Positions 1-9,899 of a stretch of 64,000 bases of DNA are shown piece by piece; the stretch's first letter is position 1; every line of letters begins with the position of its first letter. Below the pieces are notes generated by a model. That model saw only the letters and a list, made by a program, of their open reading frames with translations, did no database searches and was not told the origin of the DNA. Location: IMG/VR virus record IMGVR_UViG_3300042363_001351, positions 1 to 64,000 of that record, one strand, 5' to 3'. Source of the stretch: a virus (Duplodnaviria; Caudoviricetes). The translations under genes and the position numbers were made by a program.

Positions 1-2
1 TA

Positions 3-302
3 TTACAGAAAAAAGTACTATTTGGTCTATTAGAACACTCACAAGCTAGGCTTCTTGTTGACTCATCGTTACAGCATGCTGCTGCAGCATTAGGCTTACA
101 ATCCACAGTTGTTTGGGTGGCTACACAGCCTGAAGTTTTTGGTTATAAAATGCATAAAAATATTAAACCTAAGACTGAGTTTTTAGAGGGTACGGTGGAT
201 TCTTACCTCTTTGACTATAACTTTACAGGCTCTATACATGAATGCCCATATATGGATCCCTTAGAGATCTTTGATACAGAAGCTATTCTTAAAACACTAT
301 GA
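3..302 (+). CDS. Glycosyltransferase family 9 (heptosyltransferase-like), C-terminal part; gene starts before the window
   Basis: Frame is open from position 3: ...RLLVDSSLQHAAAALGLQSTVVWVATQPEVFGY, resembling the GT9 motif DSG.MH.AAALG.P.V.LF. Confidence 0.65.
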   Translation, partial: LQKKVLFGLLEHSQARLLVDSSLQHAAAALGLQSTVVWVATQPEVFGYKMHKNIKPKTEFLEGTVDSYLFDYNFTGSIHECPYMDPLEIFDTEAILKTL

Positions 303-1117
303 AGAAATTATTATTTAATTCATCACTACCAAGATCAGGCTCTACACTAATACAAAATATCTTTGCACAGAATCCGGATTTCTACTGTACTCCTACTTCC
401 GGTACTCTTGAACTAATTTATGGAGCTAGAGCAAACTTTAGTTCAGATCCAACATTTAAAGCTCAAGACTCTGAGCTAATGAAAAAAGGATTTCAAGGTT
501 TTTGTTATAGTGGATTAAATGGATTTTATAATGCTGTAACAGATAAGCCTGTAGTATTAGAAAAATCAAGAGGTTGGGGAATACATTACGATTTATTACA
601 ATTTGTAATGGGTGAACAACCTAAAGTTATCTGTATGGTTAGAGATCTAAAGCAAATAGTTGCTTCTATGGAAAAGAAATTTAGAGCTGCTCCTGAAACA
701 GATAGCGGTATAGTTAATCACGCTGAGTTAAAAAATACATCAACTCCTAAACGCGTCGATCATTATCTAGCTACTCAGCCGCTTGGCTTAGCATTAGAAA
801 GACTAAGTGAGATCTTTAGACAAGGTCTAAATGAAAAAATAATGTTTGTTAGATATGAGGATCTATGTAAATCACCAGAACAGACGCTTAAAAGCATATA
901 TAACTACTTCAGGCTACCAAACTACGAATATCATAACTTTAACAGCATTACACAGGTAACAGAAGAAGATGATTCTTTGTATGGTATTTTCGGAGATCAT
1001 AAAATTCGGACTAAGTTAGAGAAAGCAGACAATGCTCCTGAAAAGATTTTAGGAGCAGATGTATGTAACTGGTTAGATAATACATATAAGTGGTATAAAG
1101 ATCTATTTAAATATTAA
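299..1117 (+). CDS. Sulfotransferase family protein (PAPS-dependent)
   Basis: 5'-PSB loop SLPRSGSTL, EKSR, 3'-PB motif MVRDLKQIVAS, VRYEDL; ATGA overlap with the upstream gene. Confidence 0.85.
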   Translation: MKKLLFNSSLPRSGSTLIQNIFAQNPDFYCTPTSGTLELIYGARANFSSDPTFKAQDSELMKKGFQGFCYSGLNGFYNAVTDKPVVLEKSRGWGIHYDLLQFVMGEQPKVICMVRDLKQIVASMEKKFRAAPETDSGIVNHAELKNTSTPKRVDHYLATQPLGLALERLSEIFRQGLNEKIMFVRYEDLCKSPEQTLKSIYNYFRLPNYEYHNFNSITQVTEEDDSLYGIFGDHKIRTKLEKADNAPEKILGADVCNWLDNTYKWYKDLFKY

Positions 1118-1137
1118 AAAATAGACTAAATATACTT

Positions 1138-1383
1138 ATGAGCTTACAAATCACATTAGATACTCCAAAAATAATTATCAAACAACCTGAGATTACAGAA
1201 ACTATCTCAGAGATAACAATTGATAGAATCGTTGATATCCCTGTCGAGAAGAAAGTTTTCGTCTTTATTAAGGGTGAGAGAATTGAGTTGGATCAACTCT
1301 CCGGTGACAATTACGATACTCCTAATGAGTGGACCAATGAAGCAGTAGTTGAAGCTGTTAAAGCATATTACGGACTCGCATAA
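1138..1383 (+). CDS. Hypothetical protein
   Basis: 81 aa ORF with TAAATA box 5 nt upstream, followed by a terminator. Confidence 0.7.
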   Translation: MSLQITLDTPKIIIKQPEITETISEITIDRIVDIPVEKKVFVFIKGERIELDQLSGDNYDTPNEWTNEAVVEAVKAYYGLA

Positions 1384-1406
1384 TTTAATAAAAAATAATT
1401 TTAATT

Positions 1407-1440
1407 AAACCGTATATAATATTATATGCGGTTTTTTTAT
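1407..1440 (+). terminator. Intrinsic terminator between convergent genes
   Basis: AAACCGTATATAA-TA-TTATATGCGGTTT hairpin running into a T7 tract. Confidence 0.75.
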
Positions 1441-1442
1441 TT

Positions 1443-2219
1443 TTAGTAATACGAACCATATATATCAGTGTTATTTACTGACATATCAAGAACTTGGGTT
1501 TTAGATAAATTATCAACATCAAAGTTGTATGATTTACCCTCTGAAGCACTAACTCCGGGTATATTTGCCGAAACAACACCAGAGAATGAATTTTCAAAGA
1601 CTTGTTGATTTTGACGCTCACCTGATAGTCCAGGCTCGAAAGAGTGTTCATATCTCTTAGCCTTTACACGATATACATAATGACCTAGCAATGGATTTAA
1701 TTGAGCTACATCTTGATCAACGCGCTCTGTAATCTCGAACCACTTAGAACCCCTGCCGTTAGGTCTATCACAGCCTAAAGCTGTTAGCTCGATAATATCA
1801 CCTGACTTAGGTTCTACAACTTGACCAAATTGCGAATAGTTTATAAGACCACTCATTGTAATGGTAAATGTATTAATATGAAGATATCCAGTTAATTCAT
1901 CGTCAGATGCGAAACCGAATTTAGATAAATTTATTGCATTCTCAGATAGTTCTATATACATTTGTAGTTCATAAGGACCTAAAAATCTTCTAGTTGGATC
2001 CTCACCATATAATAAATCTGCAGTAGAGAGATTAAAAGTATTTACGTAATAGTAGATAGGTACACCATAACTATTAATTAGATCGCTATATGAAGTATCG
2101 TATATAATTTGTTCAGCCTGGAAATTGCCAGGGTTAAGAAACTGCCCGCATCCTGGACTTGCTACAGCAGCAAATACATTTTCTGCTGTACATTGCGATC
2201 TACTAGAACTACAAGCCAT
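1443..2219 (-). CDS. gp14: Neck protein, T4 gp14-like
   Basis: DLINSYGVPIYY...LYGEDP..RF...MYIE...LSKFG..SDDE...PKSGDII pattern typical of gp14. Confidence 0.8.
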   Translation of the reverse strand: MACSSSRSQCTAENVFAAVASPGCGQFLNPGNFQAEQIIYDTSYSDLINSYGVPIYYYVNTFNLSTADLLYGEDPTRRFLGPYELQMYIELSENAINLSKFGFASDDELTGYLHINTFTITMSGLINYSQFGQVVEPKSGDIIELTALGCDRPNGRGSKWFEITERVDQDVAQLNPLLGHYVYRVKAKRYEHSFEPGLSGERQNQQVFENSFSGVVSANIPGVSASEGKSYNFDVDNLSKTQVLDMSVNNTDIYGSYY

Positions 2220-2580
2220 TGTTTTTCTTTCTATTTCTTAAAATTCCTCTCTGTAAACCTTCTTCATCTTCGTACATTTCTACTTCTACATCAGAATTTC
2301 CTAGTGTTTTGATACCGGGTTCGAACTGAGTACCGTAGAGAGATAGAATAGATAGTAATGGCTGACCTGCTATCTGAACATTGTTAGACTTTCCATTACA
2401 TATACTATCAATAACCGGATGTTTGTGAGAATATTCTTTCTTAAAGGCATTTTTATGCTTTCTGTTGTGTGGATCATCCAGCAACTTACCGTTAGTACCT
2501 GATCTTAGCTTAGCTATGCCGAATAGTTGGCTATTTTGCTTTGTAGCATACTCAACCAAATACTCTTTAAAAGTAATCAT
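2209..2580 (-). CDS. Hypothetical late protein, probable internal head protein (start corrected to 2580)
   Basis: TATAAATA-N5-ATG at 2580; N-terminus MITFKEYLVE resembles the T4 capsid targeting sequence MKTYQEFIAE; the listed start at 2613 lies inside a terminator loop. Confidence 0.65.
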   Translation of the reverse strand: MITFKEYLVEYATKQNSQLFGIAKLRSGTNGKLLDDPHNRKHKNAFKKEYSHKHPVIDSICNGKSNNVQIAGQPLLSILSLYGTQFEPGIKTLGNSDVEVEMYEDEEGLQRGILRNRKKNNGL

Positions 2581-2594
2581 ACTATTATTTATAC

Positions 2595-2628
2595 AAAAAA
2601 GCCCGGTAGTCATTAAACTACCGGGCTT
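2595..2628 (-). terminator. Intrinsic terminator
   Basis: Perfect stem AAGCCCGGTAGT/ACTACCGGGCTT with a 6-nt loop, ending in T6 on the minus strand. Confidence 0.85.
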
Positions 2629-2646
2629 ATTATAGTTAAGTTTTAA

Positions 2647-3615
2647 TTATTGCTCAAACATTGATTTGCCTGTCTTAAGCGAACCAACCTTGTTGCTCTT
2701 ACCCATGTTAGGTTGCTTAGCATTTACAAGAGCGTGGCCGTGATCGCCATCTGAACCTACTTTATCTGTATAAGCTGAAGTAGCGCTGCCTGATTGTGTT
2801 TTGAGATTACCAACTTTGTTATTCTTACCGTAGTTAATTTCTTTGGAAAGATTGTCCGCACCGAGGTCTTCTTCGTCCTCGTCCCAGAAGCCTTCTTCAG
2901 CTTCTTCTGGCTCGCCTTCTTCCATGTCGTCTTCTAACTCAGTGTCACCTTCTTCATCACCGAAACCGCCTTCTTCTTCACCACCAATAGCAGCTTGAAG
3001 AACATCGATAAGTTTTTGTGCAGTGTCACGGTCAAGTGTGAAAGTAACTTCTTCACCAGTCTCTTCCATTCCTTCACCTTCACCCTCAATGCCGAGAGCG
3101 TCAAGTTCACCTACTTCTTCCATTTCTGAACCCATAGGATTGCCAGTACCTGGCTGACCCATGACGTTTTCGTATAGTTTATCAAAGATTGATTTCTTTC
3201 TCATAAAATTATTTATGCTAGCCTTGGCAATTTTTCTACTTTCTTTAATAGTTTCTTCACTTTCTTTATCTTTATCCTTTTTAACTGGTTTCTTACCCTT
3301 AGTAAACATTCCTTTTTTAGGCTTGCTTGACTCTTCACCTTCTTCGTCTTCCTCTAAGTTATCTGGCTGTGATAGATTTTTAATGTTATAGAGATTATCT
3401 TTTAACTCTTTTTCAGACATCTTCTTTCTATCGATCTTTGAAGGCATATAACCTGCTGTTTCAAGAGGACCACCCTTAATTAAAGGAGCTTCACCAATTT
3501 CACCTGGCTTGACCATAGGTCCAGTTTTACCTTCCGATACTAGCTTATGCTTCATGTTGTTCAACATTCCTCCATAAACTTGCCCAATACTTGCGAAGTC
3601 GTTTTGTTTTGACAT
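2647..3615 (-). CDS. Highly acidic late protein, possible prohead core or scaffold-associated protein
   Basis: E/D-rich low-complexity tracts; TATAAATA-N5-ATG; divergent from terminase. Confidence 0.55.
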   Translation of the reverse strand: MSKQNDFASIGQVYGGMLNNMKHKLVSEGKTGPMVKPGEIGEAPLIKGGPLETAGYMPSKIDRKKMSEKELKDNLYNIKNLSQPDNLEEDEEGEESSKPKKGMFTKGKKPVKKDKDKESEETIKESRKIAKASINNFMRKKSIFDKLYENVMGQPGTGNPMGSEMEEVGELDALGIEGEGEGMEETGEEVTFTLDRDTAQKLIDVLQAAIGGEEEGGFGDEEGDTELEDDMEEGEPEEAEEGFWDEDEEDLGADNLSKEINYGKNNKVGNLKTQSGSATSAYTDKVGSDGDHGHALVNAKQPNMGKSNKVGSLKTGKSMFEQ

Positions 3616-3632
3616 ATATATATTTATAGAAT

Positions 3633-5333
3633 ATGCCCAAAAAGTCCGACAAAACTGAGTTTTATTTAGGAAATCCCAATCTCCCAGCAGCTGGAGCAGT
3701 AATAGCCTATGAGCCGTGGATGGTAAAGGAGCTTAAAAAAGCAAAAGATAATATATTATATTTTGCAGAAAATTTCTTCTATATTATCAACCTAGATAGA
3801 GGTAGAGAAAAAATAAAAATGCACTCTTGTCAAAAGCGAGCTATTCGTAAGATGAGAGATAATAGATTCTTTATTCTCCTAGCATCTAGACAGATTGGTA
3901 AATCAACAATGATGACCATCTATATTTTATGGCAGGCTTGCTTTATGGATGATCAGAGAATTCTTCTAGTAGCAAACAAAGAAGCTACTGCTATTGAAAT
4001 CTTTCAACGAGTACGTCTAGCGTTCGAAGAACTTCCAGTATGGCTAAAGCCAGGTGTTAAAGAATACGGTAAAACCTCAATGACATTAGATAATGGTAGT
4101 AGGATAGGTATTACAACTACAACTGGTACTGCTGCTCGTGGTCAGTCTGTAAACTGTCTTGTGATTGATGAAATGGCTTTCATTGAACCTCACTTAGTAG
4201 AAGAGTTCTGGAAATCTGTTTTTCCTATTATTACATCATCCAAGAAATCTAAAGTCTTTGTATGCTCTACTTCTAATGGTACAGATAACCTTTTTTATAA
4301 ATTATTTGATGGTGCTGAAAAGGGAGAGAATGGATGGGCGTACGATAAGATTAAGTGGGATGAGATACCAGGTAGGGATGAAAAATGGGCTGCTAATACT
4401 AGACAGGCTATCGGATCCATAGAAGCGTGGTTGCAAGAGTTTGAATGTCAGTTCTTATCCTCAGGTGAATCGTCTATTGATGAAGCTCTCTTCTTAGAGA
4501 TGTCACAGAAATGTGTTGAGCCTAAAATACTATTAGATGAAGGAAGTTATAGAATATGGGAAGAGCCTGATTCTTCAAGAGTGTATGTAGCAGGTGTTGA
4601 TATTTCTGAAGGTGTTGGAGTAGATGCTTCTGTTATGCAAATTTTAGACATTACAGATTTAAAGGATATAAGACAAGTAGCAACTTATCACAATAGACAC
4701 ATACCACCACTAGAGTTCGCTAACAAAGTACACACTATTCTAAAAAACTGGGGCTCGCCTTTAGCTTTAATAGAAAGAAATAATTGCGGTGCTCAGGTAG
4801 TAGATAGATTAGCATTTGATATGGGGTACGAGAAAGTTGTATCGTATGGAGCAAAGGTTGCAAATAGAGCTAAGCCTCAAATGGGTATGATAGCTCACAC
4901 TAACACCAAATATAAAGGTGTTATGAATATGCGATATTTTATAAACGAAATGCGATCCGTTACTATTAAAGATATTGATACTCTAAAAGAACTTAAAGAT
5001 TTTGTAAGGTATCCCAATGGTACCTGGAAAGCTAAAGGTGGATATCATGATGATAGAGTAATGTCACTGATGTATGCTCTGTTTATTTTAGAAAAAGAAC
5101 TAACAGAGCGGTATTTTGAGATAGTAGAATTAGATGATCATGGAAAACCAAGCTTTATAGAACCTATGGATTTTGGTGTAGCTATGTTCGAAGACCCTAC
5201 TTCTATATATAATGATTTTGAAGTAGTAGGACTAAATAACACATATATGACACCTGTTGTGTTTGGCATGGGTGACTCAGAACAAGTAGCAGAAATGGAA
5301 TTCTTACAACAAGACGGCTGGACGACACTATGA
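3633..5333 (+). CDS. gp17: Terminase large subunit (T4 gp17-like)
   Basis: YLGNPNL, Walker A ASRQIGKST, Walker B VIDEMAFI, STSNG, QEFEC, nuclease GVDISEG and HDDRVM. Confidence 0.97.
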   Translation: MPKKSDKTEFYLGNPNLPAAGAVIAYEPWMVKELKKAKDNILYFAENFFYIINLDRGREKIKMHSCQKRAIRKMRDNRFFILLASRQIGKSTMMTIYILWQACFMDDQRILLVANKEATAIEIFQRVRLAFEELPVWLKPGVKEYGKTSMTLDNGSRIGITTTTGTAARGQSVNCLVIDEMAFIEPHLVEEFWKSVFPIITSSKKSKVFVCSTSNGTDNLFYKLFDGAEKGENGWAYDKIKWDEIPGRDEKWAANTRQAIGSIEAWLQEFECQFLSSGESSIDEALFLEMSQKCVEPKILLDEGSYRIWEEPDSSRVYVAGVDISEGVGVDASVMQILDITDLKDIRQVATYHNRHIPPLEFANKVHTILKNWGSPLALIERNNCGAQVVDRLAFDMGYEKVVSYGAKVANRAKPQMGMIAHTNTKYKGVMNMRYFINEMRSVTIKDIDTLKELKDFVRYPNGTWKAKGGYHDDRVMSLMYALFILEKELTERYFEIVELDDHGKPSFIEPMDFGVAMFEDPTSIYNDFEVVGLNNTYMTPVVFGMGDSEQVAEMEFLQQDGWTTL

Positions 5334-5905
5334 GCAACACTAATATATATAAACAATCTGTTCTCAACAAATCACGCGTTGATAAGTTTAAGCTGGTGTT
5401 TCAGGTCCCTAATGCTTTAAAAGGTTCAAATAACATTAGTAGAACTAACAGCACGGTAATACAAGACAGTATGCAGTTTTCAATTTACGGTACTGTTGTA
5501 CCTGCTATTACAGTACCTGCTCTAGAAATAAGATATTCAGGAAGCACTCTTTATAATTCTTCTCATAATAAATCTCCGTATCCTCCCGTTACTGTAAATT
5601 TTACCATCGATAATGAATATACCAACTATTGGGTAATATATAAATGGTTAGACCTCTTACACAGTCAGAAAGAAGGAATTTTTGATGAAAACGATGTAAT
5701 ATCAGATAATGATTTTAGAGATTATCAAACAGATCTTACCATATACGGACTTGATGAATTTGATAATGAAAAAATACAGTTCGTTTATACAAAAGCTTTT
5801 CCTACTGATTTAGGAGGTATCAACTTCAACTATAGGGAATCTAACGAAATAGAGTCTTCCTTTACTTTTGTATACTCCCAACTACATACTTATCTTTTAA
5901 ATTAA
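5330..5905 (+). CDS. Tail tube terminator / tail completion protein (gp3-like)
   Basis: VPAITV...YPPVTVNFTIDNEYTNYWVIYKWL...AFPTDLGGINF tube-family pattern. Confidence 0.7.
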   Translation: MSNTNIYKQSVLNKSRVDKFKLVFQVPNALKGSNNISRTNSTVIQDSMQFSIYGTVVPAITVPALEIRYSGSTLYNSSHNKSPYPPVTVNFTIDNEYTNYWVIYKWLDLLHSQKEGIFDENDVISDNDFRDYQTDLTIYGLDEFDNEKIQFVYTKAFPTDLGGINFNYRESNEIESSFTFVYSQLHTYLLN

Positions 5906-5925
5906 AAAATTGTACTGAAATGCCA

Positions 5926-5931
5926 TAAATA
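5926..5931 (+). promoter_or_regulatory. T4-late-type promoter box (TAAATA) for the sheath gene
   Basis: CATAAATA-ATTAC-ATG; same motif and spacing before about 24 genes. Confidence 0.7.
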
Positions 5932-5936
5932 ATTAC

Positions 5937-8549
5937 ATGGCTATAAGAACAATTAATTCTCCAGGTGTTGAAATAGGTGAACGCGATTTATCACTGAGAG
6001 TACCAACAAGAGCAGGTACTAATGTTTATATTACAGGATTCTCACAGCAAGGTCCTTACGACGAAGTATTGGACGTTTCATCCTATACAGAGTTTGAAGA
6101 TATTTACGGTACACCAAAAACTCCTGCAGAAAGATACTTCTCTCACACTGTTAAGGCAGCGTTCGACTCAACAGCAAGAATTAAAGTAAACAGACTACCT
6201 TATGGTGGTGGATCTGGTCAGGGATTTGGTTCTTTATATAGCATTTTAGCCTACCCTGTAAAGGTATATGGCACTAACGGAGCCGCACTAACCGGTGGCG
6301 GTACAACAAATTTAAGCGCCTTTGATGCTGCATCTTATGTTTTAGGAGCTCCAACACAGTATACAGCTACCGAAGATCAATACTTAGCATTACGCAATGG
6401 TACTATCTTCAGCGGCGGTAAGTGGAGTTCAAGTGCTAAGACATCTTTTGCGGGTCTTAGCGATCTTGGAAGTGCAGGTCTTATAGTCATTAATAGCGGA
6501 CAAACCACCATCGATAATAAGTTTTACGGATTTTATTTAGGACTTAAAGATAATACTGATTTAAATCCAGCTACTGATTATACATCTATTCGCGGTATTC
6601 AAACAGCTCAGAAAAAACCTGACGCGGACGGTATTACGCCTCCTGAATATATTAATATACCTACATCAAGATTTGCATTCGGTCTTACAGCAACTAATGC
6701 TTCGGGTAATAACCCATCTCTCAATACTGTTTCGCAAGTAATGGAGGAGAAAATAGCAGCGGTAGATGTAAGTACCAATTTATATAAAGATACTTTAAAT
6801 TTAGGTATCTTCAAACTCAGACAATCCATATTCAGCAATGATGTTACTCAACTAGATTATGCTCTTGATGAGGGTTATAATGGATCGATAGGATATTATA
6901 GAAAAACAACTACCCTACAAGGTGGTACTCCAGTAAACTTCTTCTTAGAAAATGTAGAAAACACTTCTCGTAATATTGAAGTTCTAGTTAACCCTTATAT
7001 CTCTGACTTCTTTACCGGAATTCAAGTTAGTTCAGACGGCATACCTAAAAAGACCGCTAGAGTATATTCGCAAAAGCTAATTGATAGTGTTGTATCTACT
7101 AACAGTACATATACTTCTATTCTTTCTGCTAATACTAATATATTTATCATACCTTCAGTACCTACAACGTTTGATACTCTTACTAGTAATATTCAGAATA
7201 CATATAACCTTAATGTACCTTCTAAATTTAGATTTAATATCGCTACTAAAATACCTGCTGCATCAGCAACCGCGGGTAGAACTACTTTCCCAACAGTAAG
7301 TAGTTCGTTGTTTAGCTTGGTTTCTAGTACAAATGTTAGAACAATTTCAGGGTTTTCTAATACAGATTACGGTTACTGGGGCATTAACTTTACAAACTTA
7401 CAGACTTTAACGGCTGATACAGTTATTAAAACTGCTGATTCATTATTCCCATTAGGAGCTTATAGTGAAGTGGAACTAGAAGATAAGAAAGTTGGTAATA
7501 TACCTGCTAAGCTTTCAAGAGCCCTTGAGACTATAAGAAACGATGAAGTTTATGATATAGATGTTATTGCAGAAGGTGGATTAGGAACTATATGGGCTAC
7601 AGTTTGTGCAACTGACTTACCTTACTTTGATGATACACTTACAAATAGCAAGTTTGATGCTCTTAGAACATCTAATTCTGAGTTAGAAGATACAGAAGTA
7701 AGAGACTATTATACTACTATAGCTAATCAATTTGCTAAGTTCTGCGGACCTCTCAAAGATGGTGGTAGAGGTGATATACTTTATGTAGCTGATCCACTTC
7801 GTCAAATCTTAGTAACAGGTAAACAATCAAAGGTAATTGATGATCCTACTAAGAACTTCTCGCAACACATTTATTGGGCTCTTAGACATCAATACGAGCT
7901 TGTTAACACTTCATATGCTACAGTGTATGCTAACTACATGAAGGTGTATGATGAGAGCTCCGGCTTGTATATATATGCGCCGCCTTCAGGCTTTATTGCA
8001 GCTAAAATTGCTTCAACAGATTCTGATGTAGGTCCATGGGGCGCTCCAGCAGGATTTAATAGAGGTATTCTCAACAATGCAGTAGATCTTGCAATAGCTC
8101 CTAACCAAAGACAACGCGATGAACTCTATAAAGTTAATCTTAACCCTATTACAAGATTCCCAGATCAGGGATTAGTAGTATTCGGACAAAAGACGATGCT
8201 TAAAGCTCCAAGTGCATTTGATAGAGTTAATGTAAGAAGAACATTCTTATATCTTGAAAAGATTGTAAAATCAGTAATGAAGTTCTTCTTATTCGAGAAT
8301 AACACCGTCTTTACAAGAACAAGAGTTGTTAATACTTTGACTCCATTCTTCCAAAGAGTTAAAGCAGCTGATGGACTTTACGATTTCTTAATTGTTTGTG
8401 ATGAGCGTAACAACACTCCAGAAGTTATTGATAATAACGAGTTGGTAGTTGATATCTATCTCAAGCCAGTAAGAACAGCAGAGTTTATATTGGTTAACTT
8501 CTACGCAACTAGAACAGATACTAACTTCCAAGAGCTAGTAGGTGGTTAA
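5937..8549 (+). CDS. gp18: Contractile tail sheath protein
   Basis: SPGVEIGERDLS N-terminus; PWGAPAGFNRG, GQKT, FDRVNVRR, VCDERNNT, IYLKPVRTAEFI C-terminal motifs. Confidence 0.96.
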   Translation: MAIRTINSPGVEIGERDLSLRVPTRAGTNVYITGFSQQGPYDEVLDVSSYTEFEDIYGTPKTPAERYFSHTVKAAFDSTARIKVNRLPYGGGSGQGFGSLYSILAYPVKVYGTNGAALTGGGTTNLSAFDAASYVLGAPTQYTATEDQYLALRNGTIFSGGKWSSSAKTSFAGLSDLGSAGLIVINSGQTTIDNKFYGFYLGLKDNTDLNPATDYTSIRGIQTAQKKPDADGITPPEYINIPTSRFAFGLTATNASGNNPSLNTVSQVMEEKIAAVDVSTNLYKDTLNLGIFKLRQSIFSNDVTQLDYALDEGYNGSIGYYRKTTTLQGGTPVNFFLENVENTSRNIEVLVNPYISDFFTGIQVSSDGIPKKTARVYSQKLIDSVVSTNSTYTSILSANTNIFIIPSVPTTFDTLTSNIQNTYNLNVPSKFRFNIATKIPAASATAGRTTFPTVSSSLFSLVSSTNVRTISGFSNTDYGYWGINFTNLQTLTADTVIKTADSLFPLGAYSEVELEDKKVGNIPAKLSRALETIRNDEVYDIDVIAEGGLGTIWATVCATDLPYFDDTLTNSKFDALRTSNSELEDTEVRDYYTTIANQFAKFCGPLKDGGRGDILYVADPLRQILVTGKQSKVIDDPTKNFSQHIYWALRHQYELVNTSYATVYANYMKVYDESSGLYIYAPPSGFIAAKIASTDSDVGPWGAPAGFNRGILNNAVDLAIAPNQRQRDELYKVNLNPITRFPDQGLVVFGQKTMLKAPSAFDRVNVRRTFLYLEKIVKSVMKFFLFENNTVFTRTRVVNTLTPFFQRVKAADGLYDFLIVCDERNNTPEVIDNNELVVDIYLKPVRTAEFILVNFYATRTDTNFQELVGG

Positions 8550-8573
8550 TAATAACATAGAATAAATAATTAT

Positions 8574-9119
8574 ATGGCTAAGTCAGAACAAAAAATTAGT
8601 AAGTTTTACAGTGTAGCAGCAAGTAGAGATTTCTCGAGAGACTTTCTATTTAGAGTTACATCTCTAAATCTAGCAGGTATAGCTGGTGAAATAACAGAAG
8701 AAGATCTAATCTACGCTAAAGCTGCTAACCTACCAGGTAGAACAATAACCAACGTAGCTGTTCCTTACATGGGACTAAACTTAAACATCCCTGGTAATGC
8801 TACATATTCAGGAGCTGAAGGCTATAGCTTAACATTCTTCTTAGACTCGCAAAGCAGATTACGTAATCTATTTGAAGCTGCTTCAAGATATATGTTTGAT
8901 GATATCTCATCAACAGGATTGTATGGCACTCCAGACGACACTTACTACATTGAGCTAGCGCAGTTAGACAAGGATCTTGAAATTATAAGCACCTATAAAC
9001 TTATAGGTGCATCTATAAGAAATATCGGTGATATCTCTTATAATATATCTGGTGGTACAGGTCAAACGGTTGAAATGCCGGTTACCATTGCATACCACTT
9101 CTATAACAAGATCAAATAA
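8574..9119 (+). CDS. gp19: Tail tube protein
   Basis: Follows the sheath; KAANLPG..I..V.VPYMG...PG, QLDK, VTIAYHFY. Confidence 0.85.
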   Translation: MAKSEQKISKFYSVAASRDFSRDFLFRVTSLNLAGIAGEITEEDLIYAKAANLPGRTITNVAVPYMGLNLNIPGNATYSGAEGYSLTFFLDSQSRLRNLFEAASRYMFDDISSTGLYGTPDDTYYIELAQLDKDLEIISTYKLIGASIRNIGDISYNISGGTGQTVEMPVTIAYHFYNKIK

Positions 9120-9122
9120 TAA

Positions 9123-9884
9123 ATGGCTATACCAACTGCTCAAGATGGACCGATAAAGAGACGTTTAAATGTTCATAGAGACTGGCGCTATGACATCCCA
9201 TTAAAGTTTCTTTGGGCCATCTATATTTACCCTAAGACTACCGTTATGAGTAAGTTGGGTGAAAATATACAATCAGTTTTAGGTAAATACGAGGCTTTTA
9301 CAGCAGATCAGTGGCCAGTTAATAAAAAATGTTTAGAAGAAATTACAGACCCGTTTGGTAATTTTGGTATTCTACTAGCTCAAAACATTGCCCTACCTTC
9401 AGATGCGTTTGATATATCAAATACCAATATAGATGGAGCAGCAGGATTTTTAGGAGGTCAATACGCTGGTAATAGACAGGGATATGGCGGTTCTAATAAA
9501 GTAGACATTACCTTTCTCGAAACCAATATTGATATATTTGATTATTTCCTAAGACCTTGGATTATAGCAGCATCTCACAAAGGTCTTATAGAAGATGGAA
9601 CTACAGAAGAAGAACTAAAGTGTGATCTTCAGTTAATTCAATTTTCTCGTGATGCTGGAAGTTATTCTGATGTAATCACACCTCTCAAGGCTAAAAATTC
9701 TATATCATTAGATATTCGTAAAGTTGTAGAATTTTATGATGCTATACCGTTTCAAATAAGTGGTGATAGTCTTAGCTACGGAGAGCTTGGAATGAATGAT
9801 ATAACAAGAACTGTTTCCTTTTCGTTTAACCGCTACGCCGTGGTTAATAAAAATAGTATACCTGTAAACAACGGTACTTTTTAA
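9123..9884 (+). CDS. Tube-fold baseplate/tail tube initiator (gp54-like)
   Basis: Tube-family pattern AQNIALP...ITFLET...PW...DAIP..ISGDSLSY...VSFSF. Confidence 0.6.
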   Translation: MAIPTAQDGPIKRRLNVHRDWRYDIPLKFLWAIYIYPKTTVMSKLGENIQSVLGKYEAFTADQWPVNKKCLEEITDPFGNFGILLAQNIALPSDAFDISNTNIDGAAGFLGGQYAGNRQGYGGSNKVDITFLETNIDIFDYFLRPWIIAASHKGLIEDGTTEEELKCDLQLIQFSRDAGSYSDVITPLKAKNSISLDIRKVVEFYDAIPFQISGDSLSYGELGMNDITRTVSFSFNRYAVVNKNSIPVNNGTF

Positions 9885-9899
9885 ATAGGGGGTAGATTT

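Noticed and set aside
3633-5333. Intein or group I intron in terminase (also checked helicase, UvsX and the visible polymerase)
   Set aside because: Lengths are normal and motifs are contiguous; no intein splice motifs or interruptions were seen.
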